The notes beneath the pieces are model-generated. The model was not told the DNA's origin. It saw nothing but the letters and a program-made list of their open reading frames with translations, and did no database searches. The position numbers and the translations under genes are program-made. A stretch of DNA of 64,000 nucleotides from Thermoplasmata archaeon. Lineage in GTDB: Archaea; Thermoplasmatota; Thermoplasmata; Lutacidiplasmatales; UBA184. The stretch covers positions 95,846 through 159,845 of the forward strand of contig DAHUYN010000003.1 of NCBI GenBank assembly GCA_027315165.1. The letters are read 5' to 3'. Below, in pieces: positions 47,717-55,881 of the stretch (position 1 is the stretch's first letter; each line of letters starts with the position of its first letter).

Positions 47717-50700
47717 CTACCGGCCGGGTCCGCGCTCGGTCCCCCGCCTCGTCTTAGGACGACGGGCCGGCCCCGAGCGGCGTCGCGGCCCGAGGAGGAG
47801 GGCGACGACGGCCACGATCGCGACGCCGAGCACGGCGAGCGTCGGGCCCGAGCGCGGGGCCGAGGCGCTCGGGAACGTCGTCGCGTTCGGCGACGTCGAC
47901 ACGGGCGGACGCGGTCCGGGGACGGCGGACGCGTTGACCGAGAAGCTCGTCTCGGCCGAGGTCGTCGCGCCGAGCGCGTCGGTGATCGTGACGGAGACGA
48001 CGTACACGCCCGGCGAGCCCGGGGCACAGGAGATGACCGGGCCGTCGACGAGGAGACAGGCGCCCCCGGGCCCGTCGTAGACGAAGTCGAGCGGCGGGGT
48101 CCCACCGACGGTGATGACGGAGAGCTGGAGGGACTCGCCCGGCGCGACGCTCCCCGCCGGTCCGACGAAGGCGACGACTTGGGGGAGCGGGTCGACCGTG
48201 ACCGGCACGAGCGCGGTGGCCGTCGCGCCGAGATCGTCGGCGACCGAGACCCGGACCGTGAAGACGCCGGGCGAACCCGACGGGCAGGCGAGGCCGTAGG
48301 CGCCCGAGGTCGTGCACCCGGCCGGCGCTCCCGAGAACGAGACGGCGTACGGCGGGGTCCCGAGGGCCGGGTAGACCGAGACGCCGAACGGCTGCCCGAC
48401 GTCGAGGAGGGTGGCGCTCGCGACCGCCGACACCTGCGGGTCCGCGTTGACCCGGAGCGGGGCCGACACGCTCTCGGAGTGGCCGAGCGCGTCCGCGACC
48501 GTCCCCGTGATCCGATAGCTCCCCGCGGCCGTCGGCACGCAGGTGAGGTAGAGGGCGCTCGAGGAGGCGGCGCAGCCTGGAGGAAGGCCCGAGAAGCTCA
48601 CCGACATCGGGTCGACGCCGCCGCGCGCGGCGAGCGTGAGCGCAACGGACATCCCGAGGTCGACGACGCCCGGGCTCGCCGAGAGCCCGGCCGCGAACAG
48701 TGCCGGGACGACGTCGAGCGCCCCCGAGGCCGACGCGGCGCTGCGCGTCGCCGGGTCGTAGGCGCCGAGCGAGAGCGGGTAGAGGCCCGCGGTCTGGGGC
48801 ACGCACACCACGCTCGCCCCGGTCGGCGTGCCGCAGCCTGGCGGCAGCGCGGAGAACGCGAACGTCGCGTAGGAGGAGCCGCCCGCGACGGCCGCCGACA
48901 CCGTGACCGCGGTGCCGACCTCCGCGGGCGTCGACGAGGCCCCGACCGGCCCGAGGGCGAGGGCGCTCCCGAGCGTCCAGGCCGCGACACCCGTCGTGAG
49001 CCGCTGGCTCCCGGCGACGGCCTCGAGGGCCCCGCCCTCGGCGACGACGAGCGCGGAGCCGACGGTCGGGAGCGGGCCGTAGGGGGTCGACGGCAGGGAG
49101 AGCTCCGACCAGCCCGAGAGGGTGAGGAGCCAGACGTCGCCGAGCAGATCCCCCGTCGACGCGTTCCGGCCCCCAAGCAGGACGTCCCCGCCGAGCGAGG
49201 AGGAGGCGGCCAGTCCCGCGCCGTCGCGCGCGGGAGGTGCGACGCCGCCATCGACGAGGCTCCAGGTCCCGTTGGCGTAGCTCATCGTGCTCGGCACGTC
49301 GACGGCACTCCCGGTCGGACCGGCGAGGGACCCACCCACGACGACGACCGCGCCGCGTTCCGGGTCGTAGGTCGCGGCGGCGAACGCCCGGGCGCCCGGA
49401 GCGCCGGTGACGCTCGCCGTACGGTTCTCCCAGGCCCCTCGAGAGAACGTCCACGTGTCGTCGAGAGCGCCGGCGGCGCCGAGCCCCCCGACGAGGAGAA
49501 GATAGCCATCGCCGGCATCCCAGACGAGCGAGGCCCCCTCGCGGGCCGGCGGGGCCGGGCCCGAGAGGTTCGTGAGCTCGCTCCAGGTCCCGTTCCGCAG
49601 CGACCAGGTGTCCTGGCGGAGCGTCGGCGTGGGACCGACCGTCCCGCAGGCTCCCGTCGTCGCTCCCCCGAAGAGGATCACCGTCGCGCTCTCGGGGTCG
49701 TAGGCCATCGCCGCTCCGCACCGGGCCGACGGCGCGGCGCCGCCGGTCGTCGCGACGGGGCTCCAGCGGCCGTTGACGAGGCTCCACGTGGCGTTGCTGA
49801 GGCCCCCCGTCGTGCCCAGGACCCCGCCGAAGAGGGCGACCGAGCCGTCCGCGGGGTCCTCGGCGACGGCCGCGCCCTCGCCGACGCACGGGGCGTCGCC
49901 GAACGTCGGGAGCGCGTCGGACCAGCCCCCGCTCGTCGCGGAGTAGGTCGTGCTCGCGCAGGCGGCGGTCCCGCCGGGGTCGAAGAGGAGCGGCACGCCT
50001 CCGGGACCCTCGGCGAGGAGAGGTCCCGTGCCGCCCGCGTCGATCGTGGGCAGCCCGGTGGCCGAGGACGGCTCCCAGCGGCCGTCGGAGAAGCTCCACG
50101 CCACGAGGCTCGAGGGTGTCGAGCCCGCGAGCCCGATCAGGAGCACGCCGGCCGGCTCCGGCGCGCTGACGAGGTCGGGCCCGAACGCTCTCGGGGTCGA
50201 CGCCGGCGCCGTCGCGACGCGGGTCCAGTTCCCGCGAAGATAGGTCCAGGTATCGGTCAGCCCCGTCGTTCCCCAGCCGCCGTAGAGCACCGTGTCGCCG
50301 TCGTGGGCGTCGTACGCGAGCGCGGCCTGGCTCCGGGCGGAGGGTGAGACCCCCGTCGAGAGGCGGCCCCAGCTGTCGTTGACGAAGCGCCATGTGTCGC
50401 TCGCGTCAGAGGACGGCACGCCGCTCGCGCTCGTCGCTCCGCCGAACAGCAGGGCGTAGCCGTCGGCGGTATCGAAGGCGAACGCGGCCCCGAACCGCGG
50501 CGACGGGTGGGACGTCGCGTTGACCTCGACGCGGCTCCACGCCCCCGCCGCGTAGCACCAGGTGTCCGCAAGAAGCGTGGCCGCGCCGCCCGGGCCCGAC
50601 TCGATCCCTCCGAAGAGGAGAACCCCGTGCAGCGTCGGGTCGTCGCTCATCGCCGCGAGCGAGCGCGCCGACGGCGCGGGGCCGGCCCCGGTGCGGTTCG

Positions 50701-51196
50701 TCCAGCTGCCGTTCGCGAACGTCCACGTCTGGTTCGAGGCGGCGCCCGAGACGGAGCCACCGAACAGGACGACGTAGCCGTCGGTGCTGTCGTAGGCGAG
50801 TGCGCCGCCGGCCGTGTCGGGAGGCGTCACGGGGCTCGGGGGGGAGGCGAGCCAGGCCGCGGTGCCGTTCGGCGTCGGCGCCGGACCGACACCCTCGGGG
50901 GCGACGGGGGAACACGCCTCCGTGCCGCCACCCGCGCAGCGCCACGACGTGCCCGAGGCCGGTCCCTTCCCGAGGGCGAGCGAGGTCGCCGCCTGCCCGA
51001 GCAGTGCGGGGGCCTGCAGGTGCGAGGGGGAGGTCGGGGGCGCTCGAGGCTCTGCGGCCACGATCGGGCCGGCCGGTCCGATCGCGCCCGGAAGAAGAAG
51101 GAGCGCCAGAAGGCCCGAGGTGACGAGGGTCGCGGCACCGGCGCCGACCTGTCGCCTTGAGACCGTACGGTGGCTGCCCCGGGCCCGCCGCCCCAT
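47717..51196 (-). CDS. Large Kelch-repeat (double beta-propeller) cell-surface protein with C-terminal Ig/PKD-like repeats
   Basis: About 12 P.AR..AA.AYD...V.LFGG...DTW repeats; repeated G(L/A)PPGC...C.P..AG units; C-terminal TM. Confidence 0.88.
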   Translation of the reverse strand: MGRRARGSHRTVSRRQVGAGAATLVTSGLLALLLLPGAIGPAGPIVAAEPRAPPTSPSHLQAPALLGQAATSLALGKGPASGTSWRCAGGGTEACSPVAPEGVGPAPTPNGTAAWLASPPSPVTPPDTAGGALAYDSTDGYVVLFGGSVSGAASNQTWTFANGSWTNRTGAGPAPSARSLAAMSDDPTLHGVLLFGGIESGPGGAATLLADTWCYAAGAWSRVEVNATSHPSPRFGAAFAFDTADGYALLFGGATSASGVPSSDASDTWRFVNDSWGRLSTGVSPSARSQAALAYDAHDGDTVLYGGWGTTGLTDTWTYLRGNWTRVATAPASTPRAFGPDLVSAPEPAGVLLIGLAGSTPSSLVAWSFSDGRWEPSSATGLPTIDAGGTGPLLAEGPGGVPLLFDPGGTAACASTTYSATSGGWSDALPTFGDAPCVGEGAAVAEDPADGSVALFGGVLGTTGGLSNATWSLVNGRWSPVATTGGAAPSARCGAAMAYDPESATVILFGGATTGACGTVGPTPTLRQDTWSLRNGTWSELTNLSGPAPPAREGASLVWDAGDGYLLLVGGLGAAGALDDTWTFSRGAWENRTASVTGAPGARAFAAATYDPERGAVVVVGGSLAGPTGSAVDVPSTMSYANGTWSLVDGGVAPPARDGAGLAASSSLGGDVLLGGRNASTGDLLGDVWLLTLSGWSELSLPSTPYGPLPTVGSALVVAEGGALEAVAGSQRLTTGVAAWTLGSALALGPVGASSTPAEVGTAVTVSAAVAGGSSYATFAFSALPPGCGTPTGASVVCVPQTAGLYPLSLGAYDPATRSAASASGALDVVPALFAAGLSASPGVVDLGMSVALTLAARGGVDPMSVSFSGLPPGCAASSSALYLTCVPTAAGSYRITGTVADALGHSESVSAPLRVNADPQVSAVASATLLDVGQPFGVSVYPALGTPPYAVSFSGAPAGCTTSGAYGLACPSGSPGVFTVRVSVADDLGATATALVPVTVDPLPQVVAFVGPAGSVAPGESLQLSVITVGGTPPLDFVYDGPGGACLLVDGPVISCAPGSPGVYVVSVTITDALGATTSAETSFSVNASAVPGPRPPVSTSPNATTFPSASAPRSGPTLAVLGVAIVAVVALLLGPRRRSGPARRPKTRRGTERGPGR

Positions 51197-51259
51197 CGTG
51201 TCGTCGAGGGGATGGCGGCTCCCACCATATACCTCCCGGTCCCCGGGAGGGAGGGCCGG

Positions 51260-51562
51260 TCAGGCTCGTTCGGCGGTCGCGCGCGCCTCGCGCTCGAGGG
51301 TCTTCTTCAGCTCCCGGAGGTTCTCGCGGAGGTAGACGAGGTCCGAGTGGAACATCGCCACGCCTCGGGGGAGCCGCGCCTGCTCCCGAGCGAACCGATC
51401 GGAGTCCAGGACCTCCTCGAGGTTCCGTACGTGCCGCAGGAGAGGCTGGACCCGAAGGCGGTTCCAGTCCGTGGCCGTCTCGAGCTGGGCGAAGGCCCGC
51501 TCGAGCTCCTCGAGGTCGGCCTGGAAGGAAGGTAGCGAGCGCAGATAGACCCGGTCCACCAT
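51260..51562 (-). CDS. Hypothetical helical protein (about 100 aa)
   Basis: Amphipathic helical sequence with host-like codon usage; CTTAAG upstream. Confidence 0.6.
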   Translation of the reverse strand: MVDRVYLRSLPSFQADLEELERAFAQLETATDWNRLRVQPLLRHVRNLEEVLDSDRFAREQARLPRGVAMFHSDLVYLRENLRELKKTLEREARATAERA

Positions 51563-51681
51563 CGAGCGGCGCCCCGTCGTCGAGACGACGTGCCCTCCCT
51601 TAAGGGGTTCCCGCGCGGGCGAGGCTCGGGCCGCGGGCACGCCACGCGTGGGGCTCACGCGACCCCGAGCGCCCGAGCCGG

Positions 51682-51698
51682 AGTGGACGGGTCGGAAT
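51682..51698. repeat. Degenerate att-like copy of the tRNA-Ala 3' end (15/17 identity to 54158-54174)
   Basis: Direct sequence comparison. Confidence 0.65.
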
Positions 51699-51982
51699 CC
51701 GCTTCGCTCGTAGCGGACCCGGTATGACGGTAGCCGCCGATTCGCTCCTGGGGGTGGCCGGAGTGCCCCCAGACTACCGCTTGAGCTGCTCGACCAGACC
51801 GAGGCTCGAGGCTGGTCCGTTCGGCAGCTCGCGGACCTCGTCCGGGTGTGGCTCCATGAGCGGCCGCACGATCCCCTGCCACCATCGCTCCACCAGCTGG
51901 AGGAGGTCCTCGTCCGATGAGCGCCTCCGATCGCGCTCCCCCCGGATCCCACGCACGAGGTAGCTCGGACGCCCCGTCAGGC

Positions 51983-52228
51983 CGGCGGCGGTCCGAGAAG
52001 ACGTACAACCGTCTGGTCCAGGCTGTGGCCAGAGCGGCGGGAATCCGGGGGAGATGCACCCCGCGGACGCTTCGCCACACCTTCCTCTCTCAGCTCGCCC
52101 GTCGCGTCAGGGATCCCGAGGTGGTGGTGCGCCTCGGGAACGTGTCGCCGAAGGAGGCGATCCGGTACTGCCGAGGGGCGGCGAGGGATCGGGACGCGGA
52201 GGTCGTCGCCTTGATGGAGGGTGCGTGA
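51983..52228 (+). pseudogene. Tyrosine recombinase/integrase C-terminal fragment
   Basis: ARAAGI....TPRTLRHTF, LGN (for LGH) and AIRY (catalytic Tyr). N-terminal domains missing. Confidence 0.75.
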
Positions 52229-52473
52229 GCCGCCTCGTCCGTCGCCTCCTGCTCGGTTGGCTCGGTGTCGAGCTCGGCGCGGGTATCATGGCCTTGGCCC
52301 TCCGCGTGGCCGTCGGGCCCCTTGTCGTGGTGCTGCTGGCCCGGCCGGAGTTCCCCGGGCCTGCCGCCGCAGTTGTGCTGGCGGTCCCGGTACCGACGGC
52401 TGGTCTGCTCGCGACGGCAGCGCTGAGGCTGAGCCGGGAGCTCCTTGCGAGTGGGCCCCATCGGACGGGGTGA
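52225..52473 (+). CDS. Small hydrophobic protein coupled to the integrase remnant
   Basis: GTG overlaps the integrase stop (GTGA); SD GGAGG at 52216-52220; 2-3 hydrophobic segments. Confidence 0.45.
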   Translation: MSRLVRRLLLGWLGVELGAGIMALALRVAVGPLVVVLLARPEFPGPAAAVVLAVPVPTAGLLATAALRLSRELLASGPHRTG

Positions 52474-52672
52474 GGCCAGGACGCGCCGCGTCGCGGAGCC
52501 GGCTCGTTTCGGCGCTCCGGCTCGATGGTGTTCGGCGAACGAACAAGACGGCGAGCCCTGTGGGGACGTGCTCAATCGGCCGTTCCATGCCCGCGCTGGG
52601 TGTCGGGCAGAGCACGGACCGTCTCCTCGCCCGCAGGGCAGGATGGCGGCGAATCGGGACCGTGCAGCCGCC

Positions 52673-53065
52673 TTACGTGTCGGGTAAGCCCTCCGGATCC
52701 TCGGGAGAGGGCTCAGGACTGCCGTCCCCCGCGTCGGCCCCGCCGGAGGACGGCATCGAGCGAGCTGGGGGCCTTCCACGCCGGAAGACCGCCGCTCCGG
52801 CACCCACACCGACCAGGAGACCGAGGGCCCCGACGCCGACGAGCTCGGGTAGAGTGTAACTCCCTCCGTTGGCGCCGGTCGACGGTGCCGTCGCATTGCG
52901 GGTGGCATTGACGACGTCCAGGCTGATCCGGACCACCCGCGAGCCTCCGACCGAGTCGTTCACGGTGAGGGCCACGACACGGGTCCCGGTCGTCGCGAAA
53001 GACTGCGTCGCAGTCGAGGAGCGATTGGAGAGGCCGTCTCCGAAGTTCCACCAGTAGGAGATCGG
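52673..53065 (-). pseudogene. C-terminal fragment of a PKD-domain surface protein
   Basis: ISYWWNFGDG...VALTVNDS.G followed by a TM and acidic tail. In-frame TGA directly upstream; no start codon. Confidence 0.7.
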
Positions 53066-53152
53066 TCACGCGGCGGTTCGCGGGGGAACTGAACCTTGGG
53101 CTCCATGCCTTCCCCGGGTCCCTCGGCCCATGAGAGGGCTCCCCGCCGTCCC

Positions 53153-53428
53153 TCAGCGGCCCACGCGGCGCCCGCTGGGGGAACGCTGCCCCCGAAGCGA
53201 GACGAGGACGGCGAGGAGAGGGATCGTGATCCCGACCACCAGCAGCGCGACACCGCCGGCCTCGTCGGTGCCGCAGATCCCCGAGAGCGGGCTCGTCCCG
53301 GCGGACCCCGAGGGGAGGACCGCGAGGGCCGCCTGGCAGGTGAGGCCGTTGACGATCAGCCACGCCCCCGCGACGGCGAACAGGCCGCCTACGATGAAGG
53401 CCCAGAGCGGGGCCCCTCCGCGCCTCAC
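53153..53428 (-). CDS. Small two-TM protein with paired Cys
   Basis: GTG overlaps the stop of the upstream ORF; two TM helices. Confidence 0.55.
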   Translation of the reverse strand: MRRGGAPLWAFIVGGLFAVAGAWLIVNGLTCQAALAVLPSGSAGTSPLSGICGTDEAGGVALLVVGITIPLLAVLVSLRGQRSPSGRRVGR

Positions 53429-53756
53429 CGTCCCCGCCTCGGGTTGCGGGCCATGTGCGGCCGCACCCGTTCCCGCGTGCCGTCGACATCCCGCTCGAAC
53501 CCGCGCACCCGGTGTCGGTCGGCGCGCGCACGGCGCGGCTCGTCCTCGACCGTGTGGGCCCGCTCCGCCACGAGGAGCCTATCCTCCGCGGTGTCCCTTG
53601 CGCCTTCGAGCGTGTCCGACCACCCTCCCGCGAGCACGCTGTCGCGGTGCTGGACGTTCCAGGCATAGGAGTTCCCACGCGGACGACATGTGCCGCGGTG
53701 CCGTTGCCTCCCTCGTTGCGCCACACCCCGGTCTCCCGGTCCTCCCTCCACGCCAT
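53425..53756 (-). pseudogene. Small hypothetical gene split by a frameshift near 53672
   Basis: ATG overlaps the upstream TGA (TGATG). MAWREDRETGVWRNEGG..HVVRVG continues in a second frame as NSYAWNV..HRVRGFERDVDG..RVRPHMARNPRR. Confidence 0.55.
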
Positions 53757-53965
53757 CAGCGTCTCCTCGGGTTCTTGGCGAGGTGCGGCCGGACGCGGAC
53801 CCGCTTCCCGTCCATCTCGGCCTCGTGGCCCCGGACGCGGTGCGTCGTGCCCTGCTCGCGTCGTCGGTCCTCGTCCTCGCGGGTCTCCTTCTCCCAGCGC
53901 AGGGCCCACTCCTCGTCCTCGTGGGCCACCCGATGCAGGTGCTCGTTGTCTTTGCGGCTCGCCAC
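53756..53965 (-). CDS. Small hypothetical protein, probably 5'-truncated (frame open upstream without a start codon)
   Basis: Ends in HRVRGHEAEMDGKRVRVRPHLAKNPRRR. In-frame upstream sequence FGAKAAAVRRLNFLAN looks protein-like. Confidence 0.55.
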   Translation of the reverse strand: MASRKDNEHLHRVAHEDEEWALRWEKETREDEDRRREQGTTHRVRGHEAEMDGKRVRVRPHLAKNPRRR

Positions 53966-54159
53966 GTTCGCGAGGAAGTTCAGCCGGCGGACCGCGGCCG
54001 CTTTCGCTCCGAAGGGACCCCTCGCCTTGCCCCCTCGGAGAAGGTGATGGACGAGTCGCTCCCCCCGGCGGTGACCGTGGCCCGACGCCGGCGGGAGCCC
54101 GAGGCTCGTCCTGACGGCGGGGTGGGTTCAAGTCACTCCGGGCGGGTGACGTGGAAAAG

Positions 54160-54232
54160 TGGACTGGTCGGGATTTGAACCCGAGGCCTCCGGTTTGCAA
54201 AACCGGCGATCTTCCAGCTGATCTACCAGCCC
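54160..54232 (-). tRNA. tRNA-Ala(UGC)
   Basis: GGGCTGG/CCAGTCC acceptor stem with G3:U70; CCGGT-TT-TGC-AA-ACCGG anticodon arm; GGGTTCAAATCCC T-arm; followed by TTTT. Confidence 0.97.
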
Positions 54233-54351
54233 TCGGGGTGCGATGCGAGGCCGCCTCTATACGGGCTTCGGCCCCACGGCACCGGGCGGCCCGCGGCGAG
54301 GGTTCACCGAGGGACCTCAGCCGCTTTAGCGGCGGGGGCCGTCGGCGGACC

Positions 54352-55353
54352 GTGCAGCTGAGCGCCTTCTCGATCGTCGACGCCTACCCCGCGGAGGAGG
54401 GTCGAGGCCGCGACCGCCTCGCGGAGGTCGTCGCGCTCGCCGAGGCCGCCGAGGCGGGCGGGCTCGCCGGCCTCTGGGTCGCCGAGCACCACTTCCACGA
54501 GGGAGGGGTCTGCCCCGCTCCGCCGGTCCTGCTCGCGGCGGCCGCCGCGAGGACGCGACGCCTCCGGCTCGGCGCGATGGTGAGCGTCCTTCCGTTCCAC
54601 CGGTCCGTCGACCTCGCCGAGGAGTACGCGATGGTCGACCGGCTCTCGCACGGCCGCCTCAATCTCGGCCTTGGCAGCGGCTACATCGGGGTCGAGCTCG
54701 ACGCCTTCGGCGTGCCGCTCGAAGGGCGGCGCGAGCGGTTCGAGCGGACGCGCGCGGAGGTGCTCGACGCCTTCGCCGGGCGGCCGATCCGGCCCGCCGG
54801 CCCCGAGGGTCCCGAGGTCGTCGTCAACGTCCGTCCCGTGCAGTCGCCGCACCCGCCGCTCTGGGTCGCCGTCCAGCGCCGCGAGGCGATCCCGTTCGTC
54901 GCGCGGCAGCGGGCCCGGCTCGCGCTGATCCCGTACGCGACCCTCCCCGACCTCGGGGTGCTCGCCGAGGAGATCGCGGAGTACCGCGCCGCGCTGCCGG
55001 CCGGCGAGCGCGGTTGGGTCTCCGTCGGCCTCCATCTCTACGCCGGCGAGGCCGTCGAGGAGGCCCGTCGGGCCCTCCAGCGGTTCCTCGACAGCCGGCG
55101 TCGGACCCAGAGCCGGCACTACGCGGAGAAGGTCCGTCACGACCCCCGCCAGGCCTCGGCCGCGGCGATCGAGGAGGCCGGCTGGGCGCTCTTCGGCGCC
55201 CCCGACGACGTCGCCGCCCGCCTCACGCCGTTCGAGCGCGCGGGCGTCGACGAGGTCCTGGGGATCTTCGATTTCGGCGGACTCGCGCCCGCGCTCGTCG
55301 AGCGCTCGGTCCTCGCGCTCGGCCGCGCCCGGGCCGTTGTCGGTTCCCGGTAG
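54352..55353 (+). CDS. LLM class (luciferase-like) flavin-dependent monooxygenase
   Basis: WVAEHHF, P.VLLAA.AART.RLRLG, LAEEYAMVD.LS.GRL.LG.GSG and PPLWVA. GTG at 54352. Confidence 0.93.
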   Translation: MQLSAFSIVDAYPAEEGRGRDRLAEVVALAEAAEAGGLAGLWVAEHHFHEGGVCPAPPVLLAAAAARTRRLRLGAMVSVLPFHRSVDLAEEYAMVDRLSHGRLNLGLGSGYIGVELDAFGVPLEGRRERFERTRAEVLDAFAGRPIRPAGPEGPEVVVNVRPVQSPHPPLWVAVQRREAIPFVARQRARLALIPYATLPDLGVLAEEIAEYRAALPAGERGWVSVGLHLYAGEAVEEARRALQRFLDSRRRTQSRHYAEKVRHDPRQASAAAIEEAGWALFGAPDDVAARLTPFERAGVDEVLGIFDFGGLAPALVERSVLALGRARAVVGSR

Positions 55354-55809
55354 CTCTGACGTCGGGGGGAGCGTCCCGGCGAACGGACGCCAGAGCGACT
55401 CCTCGGTCCTCCGGCTCGTGAGGCCGAGCGTAGGCGGCCGTCCACGCGCCGGCGTCGAGCTCGCGACGGACCGAGTGGCCGCCACGGCGACGGGCCGCTC
55501 TGCGACCCGGCGGGCCCCCGCCCCGCGGCATGCGCGGTCGGGGAGGCTCGATACCGGAGCCGCCCTTGAGCGGAGGAAGGAGCTCGCGGAACGATCCCGG
55601 ACGTCGACCCACGAGTCTCGGATCGGGGCGGGACGTCCCCGCGTGGACGACCCCGATCGCTGCCGTCGGCCCGGCCCGAGGTCGGAGGAGGGTCGGGACC
55701 TCTCCCACCCCCGTGAGGCGGTCGACCCGCGATAGGGCGTGCGCCTCGACCGAGCGGCCCTCGTCGAGGCCGACGGACGACGAGGCCGAGCGACTCTCGA
55801 GGTCGAGGA

Positions 55810-55862
55810 GAAAAGGGCAGGAAAGGGTTCGTCCCACCCCCCCGTTCGAACGGGAGGGTGGG
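55810..55862 (-). terminator. Hairpin plus U-rich tract terminator of the large surface-protein gene
   Basis: Inverted repeat at 55833-55862; its only mismatch is a G-U pair on the minus-strand RNA; followed by CCCTTTCC and CCCTTTTC. Confidence 0.6.
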
Positions 55863-55881
55863 CGCGAGGGCGCCGGGCCGC

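Larger units (their letters stand above)
51682..54174. mobile_element. Decayed integrative element or provirus remnant at the tRNA-Ala 3' end
   Basis: Flanked by imperfect direct repeats AGTGGACGGGTCGGAAT (51682-51698) and AGTGGACTGGTCGGGAT (54158-54174, tRNA 3' end). Contains a tyrosine recombinase fragment and small coupled ORFs. Confidence 0.7.

Noticed and set aside
54030..54125. Scrap resembling a GLPSGT/ITFSE surface-protein repeat next to tRNA-Ala
   Set aside because: Too short and frameshifted to call as a feature; only weakly consistent with decayed element cargo.
54151..54351. N-terminal extension of the LLM ORF given in the ORF track
   Set aside because: It overlaps tRNA-Ala on the opposite strand; homology and a TATA-like CTTTAG support a start at 54352.
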